NCBI GenBank assembly: GCA_963977445.1
Contig: CAXBPH010000057.1
Span: forward strand, 1-31,277
Reading direction: 5' to 3'
Length of the DNA stretch: 31,277 nucleotides
Origin: an uncultured bacterium
GTDB lineage: Bacteria; Hydrogenedentota; Hydrogenedentia; Hydrogenedentales; JAEUWI01
This document shows positions 9,374 through 19,173 of this stretch, piece by piece. The notes beneath the pieces were generated by a model. That model had not been told where the DNA came from. It did not search any database and worked only from the letters and a program-made list of their open reading frames with translations. A program made the position numbers and the translations under genes. How positions within the stretch are numbered: the stretch's first letter is position 1; each line of letters begins with the position of its first letter.

Positions 9374-11965
9374 TCAACCGTAACGGGCGTCGCCACCGAG
9401 GACCGAGTACCCGGCCAAATCAAAACGACGTACCGCCACATCAATCACGAACAACAACAAGGCCAGTGCCAACAGCCACGGCCAGATTTGCTTCCGCACC
9501 CGCACCGCCTCATCGGGCGATACGGCCATAATTTCGTCCAGGGTGGGATTCAGTTTGCCGCCCGTCGCAGCCGCGACCTTCTCCAGAAATTCCGTGTCTG
9601 TCGCCAAATGACGGTATTCCGGCTTGTAGGAAATGGTCAGGCCCCGGGTGAAATCGGCATAGGTTGCCCCGTCGGCATCATCGCCCACGGTCTGGCGAAT
9701 TTTGAAGAGGTAACTGCCCGTCGCATCGGTCGTAACATTCGCTTCATAGCGTCCCGGCGCGGTTTGACGAAGGGCCACGGTTTCCATTTCGAGGGTGGGG
9801 CGAATGAGTTGAACGGACGTATTCAAACCGTTGACGAAATTACCCGATTCATCGACGGAGTCGATGACGATGGTGCCCGTGCTCCCCTGGAAGGCGATTT
9901 GGGTTTCGCTGCCGTGGTTCTGACTGACCCGCATCACGTCGCGGACGACCTGGGCCCAAAATCGGTTGTAGCCCGGCCAACCGAGCCAGTCGGCGGCCCA
10001 GCGACTTTTGGCGTCGGACATGAAGGCTACGGTTTTCCCCAGGCCAAAGCGCCACGTTGCCAACAGGGGATCGCCCCGCTCGGTGATGAGGGGCACTTCA
10101 GCCGTGGCCTTGGGCGAGCAAACAACATAGCCAAAGAGAAAGGGTGTGGCGTCCCAATCGATGGATTGAATCATCTGATGGTTGCGCAAGACCTGGGGCA
10201 GGAAGGGCTCTTCCACCAGGGACGACTTGGACGCCGACATGGTTTCTTTGGTGAATATCTGGGGAATGTCGTAGGGGTCGGCCGTAAAGTAGTAACGACC
10301 CCGACCCCAACGGGCGATATCCTGCAGGAGCACCGTATCGGCCCCTTCGCCCACGGCGACGGTGGATACGGTGATTAGATCGCTGGCCATGCGGTCCACG
10401 ATACCGGCGTAATCTCCATCCTGGGAGTGTCCGTCGGTGAGGAGGACCACATGTTTGAAGGTTGCTGGAACGGTGGCAAGCGATACGCCCGCCTCTTCCA
10501 GCGCGGGGGCGATACTGGTGCCGCCGCCCGCTTGAAGACTTTCGATGGTCTGAATGATACCCATCTGATTGCCGGCGCTCTGGAGGTCGACAATCCACTG
10601 GGGATCACCGTCGAAGGCGACGACGCCCACATAATCCCGGGCGCCAAGCAACTCCACCGACGCGATGGCCGCTTCTTTCGCAAGCTGAATCTTGTCGCCG
10701 CCCATGGAGCCGGACTTATCGATGACCAGCATCATAGCGAGACTCGGGGTATCTTTCTTTTTCTCCGCACGCATCCGAACGGGCAGGGCGGCCTCAATGG
10801 AAGTGCGGTAGTAGCCCCCCAATCCAAAGGAATCCTCGCCACCCAGCATGATGAAGCCCCCACCGAGGTCTTCGATATAGGTGCGTAGCTGGGCCATCTG
10901 CTGGACGCTCACATCGGTCGCGGGCACATCGGAAAATATGACCGCGTCAAAGGCCGCCAATTCTTCCAGGGTTCCCGGCATACCCTTGCTCTCCCGAAAG
11001 TCCACCCGGATGTTTTCTGCTTCCAGGGCCCGGGCCAGATGACGTCCCTCCCGCTCTTCCCCTTCGAGGAGGAGAATTCGGGGCTCACCCGATACGAATA
11101 CCATCCCGGACGACACGTTGTTGTCGACGAAGAAGTCATCGGGTGTGGTGACACGCAGTTCATACTTCACGAGGCCGTCGGGCGGATTGGACTCGTCGAA
11201 GGAGAGGGTATTGGCCCCTTCTTTCAACTCGATTTCTTCGTCACCGACCTTGAAGCCGTCGCGATAGAGGGCAAACTTTCCGGTCGTGTCTTTTGTCGCA
11301 TGGGCCACCGCTTCGATTCGGAAGGACTGGCCTCGCTTTACCTCGGCGGGCACCTGCAAGTCTTCCAGCAACACCTCGGAACGTTGCTCCTGGGTGTAGG
11401 TCATGGTGTGGACCTTAATTCCCTGGGCCGCGAGGCGGCGTGCCGCGCTGAGGGCATCACCGTCGGTCTCGTTGCCATCACTGAACACCACCACCCGATT
11501 CACCTTCTCGTGGGGCATCACTTCCCGGGCCAATTGCAGGGCATCGGCAAGCCGGGTCTCTTCGCCCGCTTCCGGCACCGCGATGGTCTCGGGGAAGACG
11601 GGATGATTCATCACCGGCACGACCAGGGACGGCGTGGCGGCCACCGTGACCAACCCGGCCATGGAGGGGTTGCTCACCCGCGCTTCGAGTTCGTCCAGAA
11701 AGGTCTTCAACTGAGTCGGCGCGTCGTCGGGCACGGAATCAGATAAGTCGGCAATGACGAGCACGGCCGGCTCCACGCTTTTCCGTATCCACAGGGCGTC
11801 GGCGAGGGCCAGCACGATCAACAATACGACCACGGTGCGCACACAGGCCGAGAGGAAACGCTGCCCCAGGGGGCTGTCCGTCAGGGAAAAGCGCAGCACG
11901 CCAAAGAGGAGGGGAACCACAATCGCCAGGGCGAGATACCACGGATTTTCGAATTCAAAAGACAT
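9374..11965 (-). CDS. Membrane-anchored double-vWA protein with a class I glutamine amidotransferase-like domain (863 aa)
   Basis: Two N-terminal TM segments. Two MIDAS motifs (ADLSDS, IDKSGS) with downstream FSDG/LTDG. GATase-like FDAVIFSDVPA...GGGFIMLGGEDSFGLGGY segment. C-terminal TM (IWPWLLALALLLFVIDVAVRR). Confidence 0.88.
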   Translation of the reverse strand: MSFEFENPWYLALAIVVPLLFGVLRFSLTDSPLGQRFLSACVRTVVVLLIVLALADALWIRKSVEPAVLVIADLSDSVPDDAPTQLKTFLDELEARVSNPSMAGLVTVAATPSLVVPVMNHPVFPETIAVPEAGEETRLADALQLAREVMPHEKVNRVVVFSDGNETDGDALSAARRLAAQGIKVHTMTYTQEQRSEVLLEDLQVPAEVKRGQSFRIEAVAHATKDTTGKFALYRDGFKVGDEEIELKEGANTLSFDESNPPDGLVKYELRVTTPDDFFVDNNVSSGMVFVSGEPRILLLEGEEREGRHLARALEAENIRVDFRESKGMPGTLEELAAFDAVIFSDVPATDVSVQQMAQLRTYIEDLGGGFIMLGGEDSFGLGGYYRTSIEAALPVRMRAEKKKDTPSLAMMLVIDKSGSMGGDKIQLAKEAAIASVELLGARDYVGVVAFDGDPQWIVDLQSAGNQMGIIQTIESLQAGGGTSIAPALEEAGVSLATVPATFKHVVLLTDGHSQDGDYAGIVDRMASDLITVSTVAVGEGADTVLLQDIARWGRGRYYFTADPYDIPQIFTKETMSASKSSLVEEPFLPQVLRNHQMIQSIDWDATPFLFGYVVCSPKATAEVPLITERGDPLLATWRFGLGKTVAFMSDAKSRWAADWLGWPGYNRFWAQVVRDVMRVSQNHGSETQIAFQGSTGTIVIDSVDESGNFVNGLNTSVQLIRPTLEMETVALRQTAPGRYEANVTTDATGSYLFKIRQTVGDDADGATYADFTRGLTISYKPEYRHLATDTEFLEKVAAATGGKLNPTLDEIMAVSPDEAVRVRKQIWPWLLALALLLFVIDVAVRRFDLAGYSVLGGDARYG

Positions 11966-11968
11966 AAA

Positions 11969-13864
11969 CTACTCCACCCAACGCCGATGAAAGAGGCCCC
12001 ATTCCAACAGCAGCACCAGCAGGGATGCCACGGCAATCAAGCGCCAGGGAGCGGCACCGATGCGGAAGTCATTGTTCATTTGCTGCAGGGGCGTTTCGCT
12101 GGTTACCGGCAAGGATTCCGACACCGTAATGTCTACTTCCCGGGTATCACTGAGATTCGCGGCAAAGAGGGGAACCAGTTCGCCCGTCGCGGTAACGCCC
12201 TGGTAGATACCCGCACGCTCCACGTCCAATGCAGCAAGCGCAACGGGTGTCTCGTCCTCCGTCGGCTCCGCGCCCCCGTCCTGTTGCTCGGGCGCTTCGT
12301 CGCCCGGCGTCAGCACCGCGATCAATTCGGTGCCCCGAGCATATTCGGCCAGGGTTTCGGGACCCAGCACGGTGCCCATGGCGGGGGCCTGCCAGGTGTC
12401 GGTCTGGTCGTTGTCGGTCATATAGCGGATGGTGTTGGCAATCATAATGGGAAAGGCCACACGCAAGGGCAGATCGGAAGACGTGGTGTTAAACCCAACG
12501 ACCATGGTCTTGCGATCTGTGCCATCGTCCAGAATAACCAGAGGATCGTCGAAGGACTCAATCAGGGCGGCAAAACGCGCCGGTGCGGTTATTCGCTGGG
12601 CCGATTCTATGGAGATATTGGTCAACTGGAGGTGACGGTTCACCGGATGACTCTGGTCCCAGGCGGTGATAATAGGATTCGCCAGGGCCTCTCCAACGCC
12701 GATGCCCAGGGCCTCGGGCCATTGGCCAACATAGATGACGTGACCCGACGGTGCCTCGGGTGGCGACCACCCATCAAAGATATAGACCGGTGCCGTCAAC
12801 GTGCTCTGCTGAGCTTCGTAATCCGCCGGACTAAGGCTGGTCAGTGTGATGGCGTCGTCGGTGAGCAGGGCACTTTCGAGGAAGTAGTTCCCTTCCGTAA
12901 CCAACACCACGGGGACCGACACGACGTCGGGCAATACGGCAAAGGCCCGGTTGTCCAAGGGAAAGGCGTCGTCCCAGTCCACAAACAATTCCACCGCACC
13001 GCCCGTATCGCTGAATTGGCGCAGGGCATGGTGGAAGGTGCCTCCGGCCGGAATCGTAATTTCATCGGCATCCACCAGATTCTCACCAACCCGAATCTCG
13101 AAGGGCATGGTGGCTTCTTCTTCGGTGGCGTTGACCACTTCAAACATAATTTCAAAGTCACGGGGCAGCGCCGGTAGCGGACGGACCTGGAAGGCCGTAA
13201 TACCGACATTGCCGACGGCCGCGCCCACGGGCAGGTAGGCAAAGCGCATTTTTTCGTCGGGCACCACGGGCACCGCATCGAAGGCCCCATCACTGACGAC
13301 GTACACCCAGGTTTCCCGCTCATCCGGCGGCAATTGGGTAAGAACATGGAAGGCCTGGGCGAAATCCGTGCCGCCGTGGGAAACGGTCACACCGTCGAGG
13401 GCCTCCTGGAGGGTGCGGCGGCTCGAGGTAAAGGGCATGACCACATCGCTGTGACGCCCTACCGAAACGAGCATGGCCGTGTCCCCCGAGGCCATTCCCT
13501 TGATAATGTTGCCCACCTGGGCCTGGGCCTGTGAAAAACGGGTGCCCTCCCCTTCTTCGGTCAGCATGCTTGCCGAGGAATCCAGCAGGATGACCATACG
13601 ACGGGCACCCAGGGCATCTTTCGCCAGAATCGGCCGGGACAGGGCAAATATCAGCAAAAGCAGAATCAACAATTGGAGCAGGAGTGACAGTATCTTACGC
13701 AGACGGGTAATGGAGGCAACACTATGCTCATCGCGCAGGATTTCTTCCCAGAACAGCAGGGTGGAAACGGTTACGCGGCGGCGACGCTGCTTCAGCAGAT
13801 AGAGCAGGATAACCGGAATAAAGAGCAGAAAGCCGAGAAAGGCGAGGGGTTGGAGAAAACTCAT
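11969..13864 (-). CDS. BatA-like N-terminal double-TM / vWA domain protein
   Basis: BatA-type N-terminus MSFLQPLAFLGFLLFIPVILLYLLK, MIDAS LLDSSASM, VVSDG, and C-terminal TM LLVLLLEWGLFHRR. The start at 13864 overlaps the DUF58 stop (ATGA), so it is preferred over the ORF-track start at 13930. Confidence 0.88.
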   Translation of the reverse strand: MSFLQPLAFLGFLLFIPVILLYLLKQRRRRVTVSTLLFWEEILRDEHSVASITRLRKILSLLLQLLILLLLIFALSRPILAKDALGARRMVILLDSSASMLTEEGEGTRFSQAQAQVGNIIKGMASGDTAMLVSVGRHSDVVMPFTSSRRTLQEALDGVTVSHGGTDFAQAFHVLTQLPPDERETWVYVVSDGAFDAVPVVPDEKMRFAYLPVGAAVGNVGITAFQVRPLPALPRDFEIMFEVVNATEEEATMPFEIRVGENLVDADEITIPAGGTFHHALRQFSDTGGAVELFVDWDDAFPLDNRAFAVLPDVVSVPVVLVTEGNYFLESALLTDDAITLTSLSPADYEAQQSTLTAPVYIFDGWSPPEAPSGHVIYVGQWPEALGIGVGEALANPIITAWDQSHPVNRHLQLTNISIESAQRITAPARFAALIESFDDPLVILDDGTDRKTMVVGFNTTSSDLPLRVAFPIMIANTIRYMTDNDQTDTWQAPAMGTVLGPETLAEYARGTELIAVLTPGDEAPEQQDGGAEPTEDETPVALAALDVERAGIYQGVTATGELVPLFAANLSDTREVDITVSESLPVTSETPLQQMNNDFRIGAAPWRLIAVASLLVLLLEWGLFHRRWVE

Positions 13865-14781
13865 TGGAGCAGTTTCCCCCGCCGCAGCATATGGACGACC
13901 GTATCCTGAAAGGGTGTGCTGGTGACGCACCGGGCATAGCCGATGGCGCGGGAGCGGCAGAAGGCCTCCATGCGCGCGCCGTGGGCTTCGAAGGTCTCGC
14001 GGTATTTCTTCAAGAGCCCCTCGGTGAGGGTTACGTCCCGGGTGCGGCCTGTTTCGCCGTCGATGAGTCGCAGGTCGCCGAGTAATTCGGGTGCCATTTC
14101 CTGGGGTGACACCAGATGGATCACATAGGGATCGTACTTTTGAAAACGCAGGGCATTCAAGCCGGGCTCGACCCCGTCATTGTCGTATAGATCGGAAATG
14201 ACAATGGCCATGCCCCGCTTGTGTTTTCCAATGCTGAAGCGCTGGAGGGCCGTCTGTAAATCGGTGACACCCCCGGACTCCCGTTGCTCCAGAAAAGACA
14301 GGAGTTGGAATATCTTGCCTTTGCCCCGCGCGCGCATTAAGTCGGCAGCGACCATGGGCACACTATCGACGATGGGGATGATGTGGACCCGGTCCATACT
14401 GGCTAAACCCAGATAACCAATCGCGGCGGCGAGTCGACGGGCATAGATAAATTTATCGGGGTTTCCAAAACCCATGCTGGCGGAACAATCGAGCAGGAGG
14501 TAGACCTGGAGGTCTTCTTCCTCTTCAAAGAGTTTTAGAAAAAGATGGTCGGTCCGAAAATAGACGCTCCAATCGATGAAACGAAAATCGTCGCCCGGCG
14601 TGTAGGGCCGGTGATCAGCGAACTCGACACTGACGCCCTTTTGCCTACTCCGCCGCTCCGCCTTCATCTGACCGCTCAGAATTTTTCGTGCGATGATGTT
14701 CAAATAGGCGAGGGTCGCCATGAAGTCATCGTCGAAGAGCGGTTCCGTTGCCGTCTCGGTCTGGGATTGCGTTGCTGCCAT
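13861..14781 (-). CDS. DUF58 domain-containing vWA-like protein (MoxR-associated)
   Basis: Signature GVSVEFADHRPYTPGDDFRFIDWSVY, followed by LLDCSASM and VISD. Confidence 0.93.
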   Translation of the reverse strand: MAATQSQTETATEPLFDDDFMATLAYLNIIARKILSGQMKAERRSRQKGVSVEFADHRPYTPGDDFRFIDWSVYFRTDHLFLKLFEEEEDLQVYLLLDCSASMGFGNPDKFIYARRLAAAIGYLGLASMDRVHIIPIVDSVPMVAADLMRARGKGKIFQLLSFLEQRESGGVTDLQTALQRFSIGKHKRGMAIVISDLYDNDGVEPGLNALRFQKYDPYVIHLVSPQEMAPELLGDLRLIDGETGRTRDVTLTEGLLKKYRETFEAHGARMEAFCRSRAIGYARCVTSTPFQDTVVHMLRRGKLLQ

Positions 14782-14850
14782 ACCTACCCCTGTTGGTGCG
14801 ATGGGGACGAAGGTGCCCGAAGCGGTTCCGTCCTACCGCGCAATTCGGCT

Positions 14851-15852
14851 TCAGGAAATGTCTGCGGGGACCTTGTCGAGAATTTCATCGACAATGGCGT
14901 CGGTGCTGATTTCTTCGGCTTCGCCTTCGAAATTGAGAAGAATCCGATGGCGCAGTGCCGGGCGGGCGACGGCGCGAATGTCTTCCTCCGCCACATTAAA
15001 GCGACCATCCAGCAGGGCCCGCACTTTGCCGCCCAGCACCATGGCCTGGAGGCCACGGGGACTCGCCCCATACTTGCCATACTTTTTGATCATATCCGAA
15101 GCCCGATCAGAAGTCGGGTGGGTCGCAATCAGGATATTGGCGGCATAACGCTCGACGTGATCGGCAATGGGCATATCCCGCACCGTTCCCATCAACTGCA
15201 CGACAGCCTCGTCGGTGAGGGCCACTTCCGCCTTGGGCATTTCCCGCACCGTGGTCCGGCGGGAGACTTCCACCAATTCGTCTACCGACGGGAATTGCAC
15301 GTGGAGCTTGAAAAGGAAGCGGTCGAGCTGGGCCTCGGGCAAGGGATAGGTTCCCTCCATTTCGAGGGGGTTCTGGGTGGCAATCACGAAGAAGGGCCGC
15401 TCCAGCTTTCGGGTTTCCCCGGCGGTGGTCACGGAACGCTCCTGCATGGCTTCGAGGAGGGCCGACTGGGTCTTGGGGGTGGCCCGATTAATTTCGTCGG
15501 CCAGCAACACCTGGGTGAAGACCGGGCCATGCTGAAAGGTGAAATGTTTGTGGCCCGCGTCATCTTCTACCACCACCCGGGTGCCGATGATATCGCTGGG
15601 CATGAGGTCGGGGGTAAACTGGATGCGGGAAAACTTGCAGGAAAGGGTGTCGGCGAGGGTATGGACCATGAGGGTCTTACCGATGCCGGGTACACCTTCC
15701 AGGAGAATATGACCACCGGCAAAGAGGCCGATGAGTATTTCCTCCACAATGCCGTGCTGCCCCACGACGACCCGGCCTATTTCTTCGCGCACCTGATTAA
15801 AGGAGGCCACGAAGCCTGCGGCGTCTTGTTCAAACTGACTATTTACAGCCAT
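14851..15852 (-). CDS. moxR: MoxR family AAA+ ATPase
   Basis: Walker A LLEGVPGIGKT, RIQFTPDLMPSDIIG, Walker B LLADEINRATPKTQSALLEAMQE, and ATQNPLEMEGTYPLPEAQLDRF. Confidence 0.97.
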   Translation of the reverse strand: MAVNSQFEQDAAGFVASFNQVREEIGRVVVGQHGIVEEILIGLFAGGHILLEGVPGIGKTLMVHTLADTLSCKFSRIQFTPDLMPSDIIGTRVVVEDDAGHKHFTFQHGPVFTQVLLADEINRATPKTQSALLEAMQERSVTTAGETRKLERPFFVIATQNPLEMEGTYPLPEAQLDRFLFKLHVQFPSVDELVEVSRRTTVREMPKAEVALTDEAVVQLMGTVRDMPIADHVERYAANILIATHPTSDRASDMIKKYGKYGASPRGLQAMVLGGKVRALLDGRFNVAEEDIRAVARPALRHRILLNFEGEAEEISTDAIVDEILDKVPADIS

Positions 15853-16021
15853 GAATTCTCGCTCCCTGCGTGTTTACTACCCATACGATCCCAGATACTA
15901 TTCATGTTGGGGCACTACCTGCGTTTGGATACAGCTCACCTGCATGTCATTACGCATCGCCCCCGACGGTGTAATGGCGAGATACACGCCGAGCGATCAC
16001 CCGGCCCTGCCGCACCCTGAA

Positions 16022-17497
16022 TTATTCTTCCGGACGAATCGCCTGGAAGTAACGTTTTACGTGAAAGCGGTGGCTCAGCGGAATGGCTTCCTGGTCCATC
16101 GCCTGCTCCGCGACCGCAGCGTATTCGTTGTACACATCCTGCGCCGCAACGGTCCGCTCCGACGTCTGACCATCGGTAATTTCCACTTCGCTCTCTACCG
16201 GCCCGTCACCCGCCACGCCTTCTACCTTGAGCATTTCCCGGTAGCTGTCGCTCAGTCGCTTGCCATCGCCCAGGGCTTTGGCACTGCCTAATCCGGCACT
16301 GTTGGAAGGCTTATCACTGAGGTTATTGGATTCTTTCTGGCCGACTTTAGCCAGCAGGGAACTCTTGTTGCCCAGACAGGCCTTACACATGCCCAACGCG
16401 TTACACGCCTGCTTCATCTGACGCAGGCTGTTGCATTTGGACAGTTTACCTTTGATGGATTTGAAGGAACTCTTCATCCCTTCCTTGTCGCCCGAACTGA
16501 TGGACTTGGAAGCGCTGTTGAAATCGGCCCCCAGAGAGCCTTTGTCCCCTTTGCCCAATTTCGCCGCAGCCGCACCCATATTCAGGGCAAGCTGTTCTTT
16601 CTCTTCGGGCGACAACTCATCTTTCTGCAATTTCTGCTCAAGCTTGTCGAGTTCCTTGGCGGCCTCATCCAACTCATCCTCTTTGATGGCCTGGGCGACC
16701 TGCTGGGCCGCAGCACTCGCCATCAAATGGGGAACGACCTGATTGATCTGGGAGTTGAGCTCTTCCACGCCCATCGCCTCCATCCGCTCCTGCAATTCTT
16801 TGTCCATGCGGGCGAGGGCAATCATTACATCCCGTTCGTTCATTTCGCCCTGCTCAAAACGCTCCTCCACCTCGCGGAGTTTGCGGAGCACTTCTTCGAG
16901 GCCCTCTTCCTTCTTGGCCAAGCGCTCTACTTCTTCCTTGAGGGATTCCATTTCGCCCAACTGCAGGAGGCGCATGGTATCTACCGATGCGTCGGCTTCG
17001 GGAAGATGATAGACGGACGGTACGAAAAAGGCCGCCACAAAGAGCCCCATCATCACGGTCGCAACGATGGGCAACCGGGAGCCTCGAAAATTCAAGAGAC
17101 TCGGAAAATCCACGTCATGGGCGGTACGCACCGCATCCCGCACCTGCAGGGCCTGCTCTTCCGTCATCGTGTCGGCCTGCAGAAATTCCCAGGCGCTGCT
17201 GATCCGGTCTTTCAGGTCTGCCCGCTGATCCATCTCGAAGGCCTGGTGCAATTCCGAGCCACGACGGAGAAAGGCATAGCCGGGAGGAATGATGAGGAGG
17301 GGCAGTAAGACGGACAGGGCAATAGAGGGGCTGTAGTCGCCGCTATACCACCGCTGGCCCACCATTATGGCGATAGCCCCAATAGGCAGTAGTACAATAG
17401 CGAGTCGGCATAGTGCATATACCCACGACTCAAAGGCGAGCCAGAACTGCAATTGCCGAAGAAATCTACTGAGTGCGTCTTGCCATTTCTGTTTCAT
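16022..17497 (-). CDS. Membrane protein with a long coiled coil and a Cys cluster; first gene of the MoxR cluster
   Basis: Three hydrophobic segments, an E/K/Q-rich helical region, a Gly/Ser-rich linker, and C-terminal IPLSHRFHVKRYF. ATG at 17497 has an AGGGG RBS and lies downstream of the promoter, so it is preferred over GTG at 17527. Confidence 0.82.
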   Translation of the reverse strand: MKQKWQDALSRFLRQLQFWLAFESWVYALCRLAIVLLPIGAIAIMVGQRWYSGDYSPSIALSVLLPLLIIPPGYAFLRRGSELHQAFEMDQRADLKDRISSAWEFLQADTMTEEQALQVRDAVRTAHDVDFPSLLNFRGSRLPIVATVMMGLFVAAFFVPSVYHLPEADASVDTMRLLQLGEMESLKEEVERLAKKEEGLEEVLRKLREVEERFEQGEMNERDVMIALARMDKELQERMEAMGVEELNSQINQVVPHLMASAAAQQVAQAIKEDELDEAAKELDKLEQKLQKDELSPEEKEQLALNMGAAAAKLGKGDKGSLGADFNSASKSISSGDKEGMKSSFKSIKGKLSKCNSLRQMKQACNALGMCKACLGNKSSLLAKVGQKESNNLSDKPSNSAGLGSAKALGDGKRLSDSYREMLKVEGVAGDGPVESEVEITDGQTSERTVAAQDVYNEYAAVAEQAMDQEAIPLSHRFHVKRYFQAIRPEE

Positions 17498-17541
17498 TTG
17501 AAAAGCCCCTGTTGTTAATCGTGCCACGCTAGTTGCTTACC

Positions 17542-17570
17542 AGTGTAGATCCTTGTTTCATTCCTGTCAA
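17542..17570 (-). promoter_or_regulatory. Sigma70-type promoter for the MoxR/vWA cluster
   Basis: TTGACA (17570-17565), 17-nt spacer, TACACT (17547-17542). Confidence 0.75.
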
Positions 17571-17886
17571 GCAAAGTATTCACCCCTGAAAACTATGAAA
17601 AATACACCCTGACCTTCGTTTTGCCTGCCTGCCACCGATTCGTTTCTACAAGAGTAAACGTTTCAGCGGACAAAAGGTTTACGCAAATCGATGGTAAATC
17701 GTTCGTTGCCGAAATATCCCGCTCAACCTGTTGCTGGAGAAGACAACCCTTCTGATGGAAGTACCTTTACCAGACGCCCTATGACGGGTATGATACCGGC
17801 GGCAGACCGCAAAAGCACACGTCGCCGCTCCAGGGCAAAACAGACGCACCGAACTACCGAATCCCTTCCATCGGGCGGCCTAAACG

Positions 17887-17915
17887 TTGCTACAACGTAC
17901 GCCGCCCATTATAAT
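17887..17915 (+). promoter_or_regulatory. Sigma70-type promoter for the first MshEN-domain gene
   Basis: TTGCTA, 17-nt spacer, TATAAT, ending 42 nt before the ATG at 17958. Confidence 0.7.
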
Positions 17916-17957
17916 GTACCGATTCTTAGCTGCAGCGCGAACACCCCTTGAGTACAC

Positions 17958-18947
17958 ATGAACCACGACGACAATTCATCCAGTGACCCGCCCTCCTCCG
18001 TCCGAGCCCGCGAGCTCTACGAGCGTCTGGCGGCATCCATGGATAGGGTTCGGGCCGTGCGCAGCACTTTGTCGACCATTGCGTCGCTCACCCCACATAC
18101 CGACGAAATTGCCCGCTCGCAGGCCGCAGAAGGCATCTGGCGGACCGTCGAAGACGCTGTGGCACAGCTTGAACAGGCCAGCACCCTGTTGACGGACCAG
18201 CTACCACCGCTCCAAACCGCCTATGCGCCCAAAAATAACGGTACCCCCCAGAATGGCCTGAGCAGATCATCCTATGACCTGGAAACCCTCATCGTCGAAC
18301 AACGTGCTGCCCTCCTGGTACTGAACAAGCAGATTTCTGACACCCTCTCCATCGTGCAAACCCAGGCTCCGAAAGCGGAACAGCGTAGTTACGGCGCGGT
18401 AGAAATACAGGATGTGAGCGAGTTTCTTCAGGATTCCCCCATCGCGTCCATACCAATCAACGCCTCGTATTACCAACGCATTCTCGAGGCCGCCCACTCT
18501 CCCGAGGGCCACAAGCGCCCCATGGGTTCGATTCTCATTGAAGCGGGCCTGATTACCGCCCGTCAATTGTCGAACGCCTTGCAACATCAGAATGAAGGCC
18601 GCAAGCGGCCCCTGGGCACCCTGCTGGTGGATCTCGGTTATACCACCGATACGGCCATCGCCCAGACCATTGCCGCCCAGTTGGCCCTCCCGTTCGTAAC
18701 CCTTGCCCAGGAAACGGTTCACGATGATGCCCTTTACGCAATTCCCCTCCATATGGCACGGCGCCACAGCTGCTTTCCCGTGAGCGCCAGCGAAGGTTCC
18801 CTGTATGTGGCCATGGCAAATCCCCTTGATTTGATTGCCCTGGAAGATCTCCGGCTTGCTTCAGGAAAACACGTGCGCCCTTGCGTCGCCTCCCGAGAAG
18901 AGATTGCCTGGCACATTGATAAACACTATGCCGGCTCCGCCTTCTGA
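17958..18947 (+). CDS. Helical protein with a C-terminal MshEN (GspE/PilB N-terminal type) domain and no ATPase (329 aa)
   Basis: Tandem motifs PMGSILIEAGLITARQLSNALQHQ and PLGTLLVDLGYTTDTAIAQTIAAQ, then IPLHMARRHSCFPV...LYVAMANPLDLIALEDL. No Walker motifs. Confidence 0.85.
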   Translation: MNHDDNSSSDPPSSVRARELYERLAASMDRVRAVRSTLSTIASLTPHTDEIARSQAAEGIWRTVEDAVAQLEQASTLLTDQLPPLQTAYAPKNNGTPQNGLSRSSYDLETLIVEQRAALLVLNKQISDTLSIVQTQAPKAEQRSYGAVEIQDVSEFLQDSPIASIPINASYYQRILEAAHSPEGHKRPMGSILIEAGLITARQLSNALQHQNEGRKRPLGTLLVDLGYTTDTAIAQTIAAQLALPFVTLAQETVHDDALYAIPLHMARRHSCFPVSASEGSLYVAMANPLDLIALEDLRLASGKHVRPCVASREEIAWHIDKHYAGSAF

Positions 18948-19002
18948 GCCCCCTCCTGTCTCCGTCAGCCCCTGAGCACACGAACTAAGACCCTGCGATA
19001 CC

Positions 19003-19031
19003 TTGACGATTCGTCCTGCAGTTTCTATAAT
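19003..19031 (+). promoter_or_regulatory. Sigma70-type promoter for the second MshEN-domain gene
   Basis: TTGACG, 17-nt spacer, TATAAT. Confidence 0.75.
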
Positions 19032-19173
19032 CCATATTGGTCTTAATTCCACGTCATGCTATGGAAACAGATGCTGTCGTGATTGGGGCCCTGTCCGGTT
19101 ACCTATTCAACAGGGCAATCGGTATTGGATTTAAGATGATCAATGCATCCCCTGCGAGGAAGGGCCGTCAACT

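Noticed and set aside
14545..16020. 491-aa plus-strand ORF (likewise 9341-10378, 11987-13177, 2484-3641, 5406-6341)
   Set aside because: Antisense to well-supported minus-strand genes; typical shadow ORFs.
17691..17951. 86-aa ORF in the divergent intergenic region
   Set aside because: Overlaps the predicted promoter, has no clear RBS and no recognisable motif.
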